Notes: generated from the letters alone by a model not told the origin. A stretch of 64,000 bases of DNA from Nibricoccus sp. (GCA_047602425.1 JASGHG010000001.1:2624001-2688000), one strand, 5' to 3'; shown: positions 1 to 9,359, counted from the stretch's first letter. A program made the numbers and translations.

Positions 1-2055
1 CAAGGCAAGGGGCTCGATGCCCTCGCGATGCCATTAGGCATTCCCGAGGAATTTGTGGCCGCCAAACCGCCTGCGCCGGTCACGCCGGAAAAGTTCGTGG
101 TCGAGCATCGCGACGTGTTTGTTCGCGGCTACGCCATTGCCACCTTCAATTATCAGGATGCCGGGGAAGATTCCATCGTGCGCAACACCGACGGCAGCTG
201 GGCCTTTCGCAACAGCCGCTTTTTCCCCGCCTATCCCCAATATGACTGGGGGTTGCTCGGCTCCTGGGCGTGGGGTATTTCGCGTTGTATCGATTTTCTG
301 GAGACGCAGCCCGAAATCGACCGGACGCGTTTTATCGCTGCCGGGCATTCGCGCATCGGCAAAGCCGTCCTTGTGGCGGGAGCCTTCGACGAGCGCATCG
401 CGGTTTCAGCGCCGGTGGGATCGGCGGGCGGCGGCGTGGGCGCGTACCGTCACAGTGGCTTTGGCCGCAACGGAGGCGAAGGCATCGACGACATGATGCG
501 CAAATATCCCAACTGGTTTTCCCCGCATCTCCGCGAATTCGGCCCTGCGGCGGACAAATTGCCCTTCGATCAACACTGGTTTGTCGCACTGACCGCACCA
601 CGTGCGTTCATCGCCATTGACGGCAATGCGGACCGCATCTGTTCGCCCACCGCGGTGCGCGCTTCGCTTCGCGCAGCCGAACCAGTTTATGCGCTCTATG
701 GAGCCGCGGAGAAAATTGGCCTGCACTACGGCGAGCACGGGCACGCCTTCAATGCCGCGGACTGGGCCGCTTTGCTCGACTTCGCCGACTGGCATTTGCG
801 CGGGCAAAAGCCCACGCGGAGCTTTGGTGTCGGTTCCCCCGACGCGAAGCCGCTTGTGCTCGATGTGCGCAAGCTCGGCGCCGCGGGGGACGGCCGCACC
901 AAGGACACTGAGGTTTTTCAACGCGCTTTTGACCGCTGTTTTGCGGCGGGTGGGGGCGAAGTCATGGTACCGGCCGGCGAATACCTGATCGGCGCGGTTC
1001 AGCTTCGCGCACGCACCACGTTACGCCTGGAAGAAGGTTCGGTTCTGCGCGGCAGCCCGGATCTGGCCGATTACCCGATCGAACGCATCCGCTGGGAAGG
1101 GCAGTGGGAGGATGGGCATCGTGCTCTCATCAACGCCGCCGACGCCGACCAGATTGCCATTGTCGGTCTCGGCCACATCGCCGGGGCCGAGACGCTTGGC
1201 CGCCAGCGCAATCCACGGGCTCCAGCGCTTATTGAGACGATTCATTGCGATGGTGTGCGCTTCGAAGGTTTTTCCACGACCTACGCCAACATGTGGTGCA
1301 TCCACCCGACGCGCTGTCGCAATATCGTTGCCCGCAACCTCCGCGTCCGCAGCGGAGGCGGCAATGGCGACGGTCTCGACATCGACTCCTGCAAAAATGT
1401 GCTGATCGAACACTGCGACATCATGACCGGAGACGATCCGATCGCGCTGAAATCGGGGCGCGGGCTGGAAGGTTATCTGGCTGGCGAAGCCACCGAGGAC
1501 GTAACTATCCGGCATTGCACCCTTGGCGATTCCAACTGGGCCTGCATTGGAATCGGCAGCGAGATGTCCGGCGGCATCCGCAACGTCCGTATCGAACACT
1601 GCACCTTTGTCCATAGCCGAACCAGTGGCATCTACATAAAAGGCCGGCCAGGCCGCGGCGGTGTCATTGAGAACATCGTCGTCGATGACGTGAACGTCCT
1701 CAGCGCGGATGGCGCCGTGCTCCGCATCAATTTGCTCAACAGCGGCAAAGAAGGCTCCGACCCCGTTCCCGGCGACGAGGGCGTCCCGCTGGGACGAAAT
1801 TTCCGTTTTTCCAACATCCGTTTTGTCGGCGCCGGCCGCGTCACCGAAATGACGGTTCCTGCCACAAAGCCGGTTGAAGGTCTCGTCCTGGAGAATTGGG
1901 CTGGTTCGGCCAAGAACGGCCTCCAGTTGGAAAACGTCAAAGGCATCGAATTGCGCAATATCAGCGTCAAGGTGGCCGAAGGGCCGGTTTTAAAAGCGGA
2001 AGGTGTGACCGGCGCCGGGCTTGAAGACGAACTGGGTACAAGCGCCAAGCCATAG
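1..2055 (+). CDS. Fusion of a CE15 glucuronoyl-esterase-like domain and a GH28 polygalacturonase-like domain (5' end probably outside the window)
   Basis: Frame is open from base 1. CE15-type motifs WAWGISRCID, GHSRIGKA and LPFDQH, then a GH28 beta-helix region with GAAGDG, NGDGLDID, TGDD and GIGSEMSGG. Confidence 0.8.
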   Translation, partial: QGKGLDALAMPLGIPEEFVAAKPPAPVTPEKFVVEHRDVFVRGYAIATFNYQDAGEDSIVRNTDGSWAFRNSRFFPAYPQYDWGLLGSWAWGISRCIDFLETQPEIDRTRFIAAGHSRIGKAVLVAGAFDERIAVSAPVGSAGGGVGAYRHSGFGRNGGEGIDDMMRKYPNWFSPHLREFGPAADKLPFDQHWFVALTAPRAFIAIDGNADRICSPTAVRASLRAAEPVYALYGAAEKIGLHYGEHGHAFNAADWAALLDFADWHLRGQKPTRSFGVGSPDAKPLVLDVRKLGAAGDGRTKDTEVFQRAFDRCFAAGGGEVMVPAGEYLIGAVQLRARTTLRLEEGSVLRGSPDLADYPIERIRWEGQWEDGHRALINAADADQIAIVGLGHIAGAETLGRQRNPRAPALIETIHCDGVRFEGFSTTYANMWCIHPTRCRNIVARNLRVRSGGGNGDGLDIDSCKNVLIEHCDIMTGDDPIALKSGRGLEGYLAGEATEDVTIRHCTLGDSNWACIGIGSEMSGGIRNVRIEHCTFVHSRTSGIYIKGRPGRGGVIENIVVDDVNVLSADGAVLRINLLNSGKEGSDPVPGDEGVPLGRNFRFSNIRFVGAGRVTEMTVPATKPVEGLVLENWAGSAKNGLQLENVKGIELRNISVKVAEGPVLKAEGVTGAGLEDELGTSAKP

Positions 2056-2088
2056 GACGGCGTGCAGTTGCCCATCCGTTGAGTTCGC

Positions 2089-2122
2089 AAAAAAAAGCCG
2101 GCCGTCTGGAATGACGGCCGGC
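2089..2122 (-). terminator. Intrinsic terminator of cheW
   Basis: Stem GCCGGCCGTC/GACGGCCGGC (2097-2106/2113-2122) with an A8 run at 2089-2096, which is a U-tract on the minus strand. Confidence 0.8.
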
Positions 2123-2152
2123 GAAGCTGAAAGGGAAGGACCTGGCGGCAGC

Positions 2153-2662
2153 TCAAACGTTTCGTGCGATGTGTTCCACCGTTTCGGGTGAAACAACGCG
2201 GTCGATGTCGAGCAAGGTTTTTACGGCGCCTTTGATCTTGGCCATGCCAAGGATATAGGTGGTGTCGATGCGCGTGCCGAAATCCGGCGTGGGTTCGATT
2301 TCGTTGGCGGCGAGGTTCACGACCTCTTCAACGCTATCGACGATGAGACCCATTTGCACGGTCTGGCCTGAGGGAAGTTTGACTTGCACCACCACGATAC
2401 AGGTGCGCTCGGCGAATTCGGCCTTGAGGCCGAATTTCACGCGGAGATCGATAATCGGGATGACGCGTCCGCGGAGATTGATCACGCCTTTGACGAATTC
2501 CGGCATTTGCGGAACCGGGGTGATCTTTTGCATGCGGATGATTTCTCGTACCTTGAGAACGGCGACGCCATACGACTCATTGTCGAGGGCTACGGTGAGG
2601 TATTTGCCGGCATTTTGGGCGTCGATTGTCGAAGCTATGGAGGGTACGGCGGGAGAACTCAT
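2153..2662 (-). CDS. cheW: Chemotaxis coupling protein CheW
   Basis: KYLT..L..E.YG...KVREII, ITPVPQMPEFVKGVINLRGRVIPIIDLR, GLIVDSVEEV. Start taken at MSSPAV. Confidence 0.95.
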   Translation of the reverse strand: MSSPAVPSIASTIDAQNAGKYLTVALDNESYGVAVLKVREIIRMQKITPVPQMPEFVKGVINLRGRVIPIIDLRVKFGLKAEFAERTCIVVVQVKLPSGQTVQMGLIVDSVEEVVNLAANEIEPTPDFGTRIDTTYILGMAKIKGAVKTLLDIDRVVSPETVEHIARNV

Positions 2663-2708
2663 AAATACTTGGTCGCCTGCGCAGGAGTGCGCGGTGAGAC
2701 ACCTCACT

Positions 2709-2736
2709 ATTACGGCTCAACCCTTCCTTCGCTTTA
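2709..2736 (-). promoter_or_regulatory. sigma28-like promoter for cheW
   Basis: Minus strand TAAA-N16-GCCGTAAT; same GCTAAAG-N12-TGAGCCGT layout as the motA promoter. Confidence 0.6.
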
Positions 2737-2792
2737 GCGGAAAATATGGCCCGTGATGAGCGCGGGAAGTGCCTTTTGATTTACGAGATAGT

Positions 2793-2819
2793 TCAAGTTT
2801 CCGCGGGTTGAGCCGTACT
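2793..2819 (+). promoter_or_regulatory. sigma28-like promoter for cheA-HDOD
   Basis: TCAAGTTT-N11-GCCGTACT about 30 nt upstream of the cheA ATG. Confidence 0.6.
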
Positions 2820-2848
2820 ATTGGAAGTTAATCAACACCCCCAGCGGT

Positions 2849-5053
2849 ATGCCACTTTCTCCGGATTCCTTCGCCGCCCTCGACGACGTCATCAACCGTC
2901 TCGCGGGCGAATCAATACTTGCCCAATCGGGACGAGACGAGGGTCTCATACCCGCGTACAGCCTGTTGGGCGAACTCTGCGAGCTCAGCGCCGCCGAGCC
3001 CGCTCTGCAAGGCCCGGCCACCGGCATGCGTGCCGAGTTGGAAAAGCTCCTCGACAACGCCAAGCCCTTTGACGACGCAAATCTTTCCGCGCTCCGTTCG
3101 CTCGTCGAATGGCTGCCGAAGGCCCTTGCCGCAGCCAAGGCCGGACAGTCCATTGCCACACCATCTACTCCCGCTAAAGCCGCCCCAGGCGCTTCCTCCA
3201 GCGCCGAGATCACGCCAGCCGTCGACGACGGCCTCGCCGCCAGCGACGTGGTGCTCGATCTGAACCTTGAGGAAAATCGCGAACTGCTCACCGAATTTCA
3301 CGCCGAGGCACTCGATCACCTTCAGCAGATCGAGGCCGCCCTGCTGGCTCTCGACGAGCAACCCGATGACCCTGAGGCGCTCAACTCCATTTTCCGCTCG
3401 TTCCACACGATCAAGGGCGTCTCGGGCTTCCTGCATCTCACGCCGATGCACACGCTCACGCACGAGGTGGAATCGCTGCTCGATCTCGCGCGCAACCGGA
3501 AGCTCCGGCTCAACTCCACCATCATCACGGAAGTTCTCCGCAGCCGCGACGCCGTGCAGGCCATGGTTCAACAAATTACCGCGGCTCTCGAAAACGGCAC
3601 GCTGCCTTCGCAGGTCATCCCTGTGAGTCATCTGATGCGCGCGGTCAAACGTCTGGCGGTTCCGGATAGTTCGTCTACCGCTCCGGTGATTGTGCCGACG
3701 GTGGATTCCGTTCCGCCGGCTCCCGTCGCAATTGCCGACGACGAGGACGAAGACGATACGACCCCGCCCGTCGCGCCTGTCCTTCACTTTAACGAGACGT
3801 CCCCGGCCATTCCCGCTGCGCCGCATGCCGAAACGGCCCCCACGCCTAAATCCGCAGAGGCCAAACCCGCCGCGGCCACCCAGGGCAAATCCGGCAGCTC
3901 CAGCACGGTTCGCGTCAACACCGAGAAACTCGATTCGCTCATGGATGTCGTCGGCGAACTCGTCATCGTGCAAAGCCAGTTGAACGAATCGGCTCGTTGT
4001 CTCGACGGCGAAAATACCGCGCTCGCCCGCAACATCGCCCAATTTGGCCGTCTCACCAAAGAGCTTCAGCACACTTCGATGTCGCTGCGCATGATCCCGA
4101 TCAAGCCGACCTTCCAGAAAATGGAACGCCTGGCTCGCGATCTGGCGCGCGATTTTGGGAAAAAAGTGACTTTCAACGTCTCCGGCGAAGACACCGAACT
4201 CGACCGCACCGTGGTCGAGGACATCGGCGATCCACTTGTGCACATGGTGCGCAATTCCCTCGACCATGGCTTGGAAACCCGTGCCGAACGTGCCACCACC
4301 GGTAAACCCGAGGCGGGCATCGTTTCGCTCAAGGCCTACCATGAGGGTGGCAACATCGTCATCGAACTGGGCGACGACGGCCGTGGCATCAATCCCGACA
4401 AGGTGCTGGCCAAGGCCCGCAAGCAGGGCCTCGTCTCCGAGACAGCCCAGCTTTCGAAGGAGGAAATCCTTAACCTTATTTTCCTGCCTGGATTTTCCAC
4501 CGCCGAAAAGGTCACCGCTGTTTCCGGCCGTGGCGTCGGCATGGATGTCGTGCGCCGCAACATCGAAAAATTGCGCGGCAAGATCGAGATCGAGTCCGAA
4601 GTGGGCAAGGGTTCGACTTTCCGCATTCGTTTGCCCCTCACCATGGCCATCATCGACGGCTTGGTGGTGCGCGTGGGCGACGACCGCTTCATCCTTCCCA
4701 GCACTTCCGTGCAGATGGCATTGCGTCCGGCCAAGGAAGCGCTTTCCACCGTCCAAGGTCGCGGCGAAATCCTCGACCATCGCGGCAAGGTTTTGCCTCT
4801 TCATCGTCTGCATCGCCGATTCGGTATCGCCGGCGCCGTCGAAAATCCTTGGGAGGCGATCGTCGTCATCGTCGAGAGCAACGGGAAAGCGAACGCCCTC
4901 CTCGTCGACGACATGGTCAGCAAGCAGGAAGTCGTCATCAAGCCGCTTGGCGGTTTTCTCCAGAACCTCGCGGGCATCTCGGGCGGCGCCATCCTTGGCG
5001 ATGGCAATATCGCTTTGATTCTTGATCCTGGTTCGCTCTTCGCCGCCGCCTGA
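2849..5053 (+). CDS. cheA: Chemotaxis histidine kinase CheA
   Basis: Hpt FRSFHTIKG, dimerisation VRVNTEKLDSLMDVVGELVI, HATPase HMVRNSLDHG and GFSTAEKVTAVSGRGVGMDVV, C-terminal CheW domain. Confidence 0.97.
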   Translation: MPLSPDSFAALDDVINRLAGESILAQSGRDEGLIPAYSLLGELCELSAAEPALQGPATGMRAELEKLLDNAKPFDDANLSALRSLVEWLPKALAAAKAGQSIATPSTPAKAAPGASSSAEITPAVDDGLAASDVVLDLNLEENRELLTEFHAEALDHLQQIEAALLALDEQPDDPEALNSIFRSFHTIKGVSGFLHLTPMHTLTHEVESLLDLARNRKLRLNSTIITEVLRSRDAVQAMVQQITAALENGTLPSQVIPVSHLMRAVKRLAVPDSSSTAPVIVPTVDSVPPAPVAIADDEDEDDTTPPVAPVLHFNETSPAIPAAPHAETAPTPKSAEAKPAAATQGKSGSSSTVRVNTEKLDSLMDVVGELVIVQSQLNESARCLDGENTALARNIAQFGRLTKELQHTSMSLRMIPIKPTFQKMERLARDLARDFGKKVTFNVSGEDTELDRTVVEDIGDPLVHMVRNSLDHGLETRAERATTGKPEAGIVSLKAYHEGGNIVIELGDDGRGINPDKVLAKARKQGLVSETAQLSKEEILNLIFLPGFSTAEKVTAVSGRGVGMDVVRRNIEKLRGKIEIESEVGKGSTFRIRLPLTMAIIDGLVVRVGDDRFILPSTSVQMALRPAKEALSTVQGRGEILDHRGKVLPLHRLHRRFGIAGAVENPWEAIVVIVESNGKANALLVDDMVSKQEVVIKPLGGFLQNLAGISGGAILGDGNIALILDPGSLFAAA

Positions 5054-5074
5054 TAAAAAAAATTCCGACACCCC

Positions 5075-5953
5075 ATGTCCACTGTTCCCACGTTTGCCGA
5101 AGTCTGCGAAAAAGCCACGAAACTTCCCTGTTCGCCGGCGCTGCTCCCGCGCCTCATTTCCGTGCTGGAGAAGGAGGATTCCTCCATCGATGAGCTCGAG
5201 TCGGTGATTCGCGTCGACACGGTTCTGGCTGCTTCCACGCTGCGTCTTGCCAACTCCGCCTATTTTGCCGCCGGCACGAGTCAGGTGGAAAATTTGAGCG
5301 AGGCGATCATGCGTCTCGGTCAGCGGGAAGTTTACCGGCTTGCCGCGCTTTCGCTAACCAGTCGTTGGATGAATCAAAAAGTTGACGGTTACCGTTGGGA
5401 GCCGGGCGATTTCTGCCGTCTCTCGCTTATGACCGCGGTGGCTGGCGAATACCTCGCGGAAAAATCCGAGCGCGCCGATCCCAAGACGGCCTACACCGCC
5501 GGCCTCGTCCACGAAGTGGGCAAGCTTGCAGTCGCGTATTCATGCGGCGAATACTTCCCCGCCATCCGTGCGCTCCAGACCAGCACCAGTTGCACCTGGC
5601 TCAACGCGGAAAAGCAGATTCTCGGTTACAATAATTCCGAAGTGGGTGCCGAACTCCTCAAACGCTGGAAATTCCCGCCTTCTTTCGTGGCGCTTGGCGC
5701 CCATAATCCACCCACGGCCAGCGCTCCGGCCGAGGTTTTGCCCCTCCTGGTGCATGTTCACGCCGCCAAATACGTCGCGGTTACCATTGGTGTCGGCGTG
5801 GCCGAAGATGGCTTTTTGTACGAGCTCAATGCCCCATTACTCATGGAATGGGGTTTTTCCCCCAATGTGTTGGAGGCGGCCATACCCGAGGTTATCACAC
5901 GGGCTGGCAAGCTCTTGCAGGAAAAACTTTCGCACGGCTCGCTGAGCTTTTGA
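5075..5953 (+). CDS. HDOD domain protein
   Basis: LRLANSAYF, LSEAIMRLG and AYTAGLVHEVGKL signatures; 21 nt downstream of cheA. Confidence 0.9.
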   Translation: MSTVPTFAEVCEKATKLPCSPALLPRLISVLEKEDSSIDELESVIRVDTVLAASTLRLANSAYFAAGTSQVENLSEAIMRLGQREVYRLAALSLTSRWMNQKVDGYRWEPGDFCRLSLMTAVAGEYLAEKSERADPKTAYTAGLVHEVGKLAVAYSCGEYFPAIRALQTSTSCTWLNAEKQILGYNNSEVGAELLKRWKFPPSFVALGAHNPPTASAPAEVLPLLVHVHAAKYVAVTIGVGVAEDGFLYELNAPLLMEWGFSPNVLEAAIPEVITRAGKLLQEKLSHGSLSF

Positions 5954-6071
5954 AGCGATGAGCTGAGTGCCGTTGTGCGATTCCGGGGGTGGTGGTTCGG
6001 TCGGCTAACCCGGACCCCGCCCCCACCTGAAATGTTTTTTGGACATCCACAAAAATATTTTGAGAAGCCGC

Positions 6072-6098
6072 TAAAGTTTAAAAAAAGCGGACCGATAT
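6072..6098 (+). promoter_or_regulatory. Near-consensus sigma28 promoter
   Basis: TAAAGTTT-N11-ACCGATAT versus the consensus TAAAGTTT-N11-GCCGATAA. Confidence 0.75.
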
Positions 6099-6105
6099 CA
6101 TACCC

Positions 6106-6188
6106 ATCGCCAAGTGATGCTGGCGAGTATTTGCAGGTGTTGTGGTCAGCCCGGCCTGGTGCTTCAAGCGCAGGCCGGGCGCTTTTTT
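6106..6188 (+). ncRNA. Candidate sigma28-dependent small RNA (about 83 nt)
   Basis: Bounded by the sigma28 promoter and an intrinsic terminator; 5' hairpin TCGCCA/TGGCGA and an unpaired GU-rich middle. Confidence 0.55.
6149..6188 (+). terminator. Intrinsic terminator
   Basis: GCCCGGCCTG/CAGGCCGGGC stem (6149-6158/6171-6180) followed by GCTTTTTT. Confidence 0.75.
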
Positions 6189-6291
6189 GTCCCAATCCGG
6201 AACGGCTGAAACATTTTGCCCGGTGCCTTCGTCTAGCCTTGATATTGGAACAGCGTCTTTCGCCCATTTCCGCCGCCGCAAAACCCACCCC

Positions 6292-7857
6292 ATGAAACTG
6301 CTGCCCTTTGTCTGCCTCCTTGTAATGGGTTGGTGTCAGGCGCTTATCGCCGCGACCCCTTACGAAAGTCCGGGCGCACTCCAGCCGCGTGGCCGCATCG
6401 ATGAACTTGTTTTTGCGAAATTGAACCAGCTCAACATCGAGCCGGCGCAAAATTGTTCCGACGCGGTTTTCGTGCGGCGCGTTTACCTCGATGTAATTGG
6501 CACGCTGCCCACGGCGGCTGAAGCTCGCGCGTTTCTCGAAAACAAAGCCATCGACAAACGCCGCACACTTATCGACGAACTTCTGACGCGGGATGAATTT
6601 GCCGAGTATTGGGCGATGAAATGGAGCGATTTGCTCCGCGTGAAAGCCGAGTACCCGATCAATCTTTGGCCGAATGCCGCGCAAGCGTACCATCGCTGGC
6701 TGGTCGAAGCGCTTCATACCAACAAGCCTTTCGATCAATTCGCTCGCGAACTCCTCACCGCGAATGGCAGCAATTTCCGCGTCGGCCCGGTTAACTTCTA
6801 TCGCGCTCTGCAGAGCCGCGATCCGCGAACGATTGCCCGCACGGTCGCACTGACTTTCCTCGGCGCTCGTGCGGAAAAATGGCCCGTCGCCCGGCTTGAC
6901 GGTTTTGCCTCCTTCTTCACCCGTATCGGCTACAAAGCCACCGGCGAATGGAAAGAGGAAATCGTTTTCTTCGATCCGTCAAAAACTCCTCCCGCCGGCT
7001 TTTTCGCCGCCCCGACTTTTCCTGACGGCACGCCCGCCCGATTTACCGACGATCGCGATCCGCGTGAAGTGTTCGCCGACTGGCTGGTAGCCCCGGAAAA
7101 TCCGTATTTCGCCCGCGCCATTGCCAACCGCGTTTGGTTCTGGCTATTGGGTCGTGGCATCGTTCACGAGCCCGACGACTTTCGCGCCGACAATCCGCCT
7201 TCCAATCCCGCGCTCCTCGATCACCTCGCGCAACAACTTGTCGCCGCACGCTACGACTTGAAGGAGCTGTTTCGCTCCATCCTGAATTCCCAGACCTACC
7301 AGCTTTCCTGCGTGCCCCGCTCCGAAAATCCCGAAGCCGCCGCAAACTTCGCCAGTTATCCTCTGAGGCGCCTCGACGCGGAAGTCCTCATCGATGCGAT
7401 CAACCAGATCACGGGTTCTTCCGAGAAATACACCAGCGCCATTCCCGAACCGTTCACCTACGTGCCCGAGGATGTGCGTTCGATTTCGCTGCCCGACGGC
7501 AGCATCACCAGCGGTTTTCTTGAGATGTTCGGTCGTCCACCCCGTGACACCGGCCAGGAGCTCGAACGCAACAATCGTCCAACAGCTAACCAGCGACTGT
7601 ATCTACTTAATTCGACGCAGATCCGCCGCAAACTGGAGCAGGGACCCAAGCTCCAGGAGCTCTGGCGTTCCCATGCGAAACGTCCCGCCGCGTTGGTCGA
7701 TACCCTTTACCTAACCTTCCTCTCCCGCCATCCCACCGACGACGAGCGCAAGACCATTGCGGGTTATGCCAAGACTCCGGGGCTATCTTCGCAGCAGGCC
7801 GCGGTCGACGTCGCCTGGGCCCTGGCCAACAGCGCCGAGTTCCTCCACCGCCATTAA
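6292..7857 (+). CDS. DUF1549/DUF1553 (planctomycete PSD1-type) secreted protein
   Basis: Signal peptide MKLLPFVCLL; FVRRVYLDVIGTLPT, NPYFARAIANRVW..LLGRGIV.EPDD, RRLDAEVLIDAI, WALANSAEF. Confidence 0.88.
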   Translation: MKLLPFVCLLVMGWCQALIAATPYESPGALQPRGRIDELVFAKLNQLNIEPAQNCSDAVFVRRVYLDVIGTLPTAAEARAFLENKAIDKRRTLIDELLTRDEFAEYWAMKWSDLLRVKAEYPINLWPNAAQAYHRWLVEALHTNKPFDQFARELLTANGSNFRVGPVNFYRALQSRDPRTIARTVALTFLGARAEKWPVARLDGFASFFTRIGYKATGEWKEEIVFFDPSKTPPAGFFAAPTFPDGTPARFTDDRDPREVFADWLVAPENPYFARAIANRVWFWLLGRGIVHEPDDFRADNPPSNPALLDHLAQQLVAARYDLKELFRSILNSQTYQLSCVPRSENPEAAANFASYPLRRLDAEVLIDAINQITGSSEKYTSAIPEPFTYVPEDVRSISLPDGSITSGFLEMFGRPPRDTGQELERNNRPTANQRLYLLNSTQIRRKLEQGPKLQELWRSHAKRPAALVDTLYLTFLSRHPTDDERKTIAGYAKTPGLSSQQAAVDVAWALANSAEFLHRH

Positions 7858-7869
7858 AATCTCCCCGCC

Positions 7870-9288
7870 ATGCATCCCCCTTACGAATCCGACAACGTCT
7901 GGCAGGCCTGTGCGCACGATAATCCTCCCGCTGAGCCCCGCGTCGAATTGCCCGAGTTCACCCGTCGCCAGATGATTCGCTGCGGTTTTCTCTGCGCGGC
8001 CGGGGCGCTGTTGTCCAACAACCTGAGTTTGCGCGCCCTCGCTGCGATGCCGTCGGCCAAACCACTGAAAAACTCCAAAGCGCCGGCTAAATCCGTCATT
8101 CAGATCTGGCTCTGGGGCGGCGCCTGCCACCTCGACACCTTCGATCCCAAGCCCGACGCGGGCGACGCGTTTTCCGGCCCGCTGAAATCGCCCATAGAGA
8201 CCAATGTCTCTGGCATGCAGATCGGCGAACTGCTGCCGCTTCTTGGGAAGCAAGGTGACAAATACTCGCTCATCCGCTCGCTCACGCACGGCAGCAACGG
8301 TCATGAAACCGCCGCTTACATGGTGCAGACCGGTCGGCCGTCCGGCGACCGCTACGTTTTTCCCTCCGTCGGCGCCGTTGTGTCTCTGTTTAAAGGTTAT
8401 GATACCGGTTACTCGGGTCTCATTCCCCCATACATTGTGATGACGGAGCTTCAGGGCCGTTTTTCCGAGGCGGGTTTCCTCGGTCAGCGTTACCGTCCGT
8501 TTGCGACCGGTGGAGACCCGGCCAAAAATCCTTTTGCCGTCGAAGGCGTCGTCGCGCCAGGGCTGAGCGATGCCCGGCAACAGGGCCGTCGCGATTTTCT
8601 CGGTCAGCTCAACACGCTCGGTCGCACGCTGCCCAACGATCCTTTGCTCACTGCATCGGCCCAGGCCGAAACCCAGGCTTACGATTTGATTCTTGGCGAT
8701 GCCGGAAAGGTTTTTGATGCGTCAAAGGAGCCGGACGCGCTCAAAGACCGCTATGGTCGCAATAGTTTCGGTCAGTCCTGCCTGATTGCTCGCCGCCTTG
8801 TCGAACGCGGCGTGCCGTATGTAACAATCAACTACAAGGGCTGGGATACGCACAAGCGCCACTTCGAGATCATGCGCAATAAGTTACCCGAACTCGACAA
8901 AGGCTTGTCGTCGCTCCTGCAGGATCTTGGTGATCGCGGTTTGTTAGAGAGCACAATCGTTTGGTGTGGCGGCGAGTTTGGCCGCACGCCTCGCGTGCAG
9001 TGGGAAGCGCCATGGAACGGTGGACGCGGCCATCACGGCAAAGTTTTCTCCGCGCTTCTCGCCGGCGGCGGTTTCAAAGGCGGTCAAGTCGTTGGTTCAT
9101 CCGACGCGCAGGGCGAAGAGGTGCGGGACCGCCCCGTTTACCCAAGCGACTTGATCGGCAGCATGTACGAAAAGCTCGGCATCGATCCCAACGCTAAGCT
9201 TCCGCACCCGGAGGGTATCGACACCGCTGCATACCCGCCGCCGCTTGAAGGCACCAAGAGCGCCGGCTTCCTCCGAGAAATCATGTAA
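7870..9288 (+). CDS. DUF1501 domain protein
   Basis: Twin-Arg-like TRRQMI; AKSVIQIWLWGG..HLDTFDPKP, FGQSCLIARRLVERGV, WDTH, GEFGRTP. Confidence 0.9.
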   Translation: MHPPYESDNVWQACAHDNPPAEPRVELPEFTRRQMIRCGFLCAAGALLSNNLSLRALAAMPSAKPLKNSKAPAKSVIQIWLWGGACHLDTFDPKPDAGDAFSGPLKSPIETNVSGMQIGELLPLLGKQGDKYSLIRSLTHGSNGHETAAYMVQTGRPSGDRYVFPSVGAVVSLFKGYDTGYSGLIPPYIVMTELQGRFSEAGFLGQRYRPFATGGDPAKNPFAVEGVVAPGLSDARQQGRRDFLGQLNTLGRTLPNDPLLTASAQAETQAYDLILGDAGKVFDASKEPDALKDRYGRNSFGQSCLIARRLVERGVPYVTINYKGWDTHKRHFEIMRNKLPELDKGLSSLLQDLGDRGLLESTIVWCGGEFGRTPRVQWEAPWNGGRGHHGKVFSALLAGGGFKGGQVVGSSDAQGEEVRDRPVYPSDLIGSMYEKLGIDPNAKLPHPEGIDTAAYPPPLEGTKSAGFLREIM

Positions 9289-9309
9289 GGAAAGATCCCT
9301 CGATCAAAA

Positions 9310-9334
9310 GTAGGGACGGACCGCCGGGCCGTCC
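9310..9334 (+). repeat. GTAG-type REP-like palindrome
   Basis: GTAG followed by a GGACGG-N9-CCGTCC hairpin in an intergenic spacer. Confidence 0.5.
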
Positions 9335-9359
9335 GCGCCGAAAAAAATTCAAGCCTGCC

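Noticed and set aside
2912..5071. 719-aa minus-strand ORF
   Set aside because: Antisense shadow of cheA, expected in high-GC coding DNA; no recognisable motifs.
6117..6209. Cys-rich leader peptide MLASICRCCG... as an attenuator
   Set aside because: The ORF runs through and past the terminator, unlike classical leader peptides. The sigma28 promoter and sRNA reading explains the region better, although this is not fully excluded.
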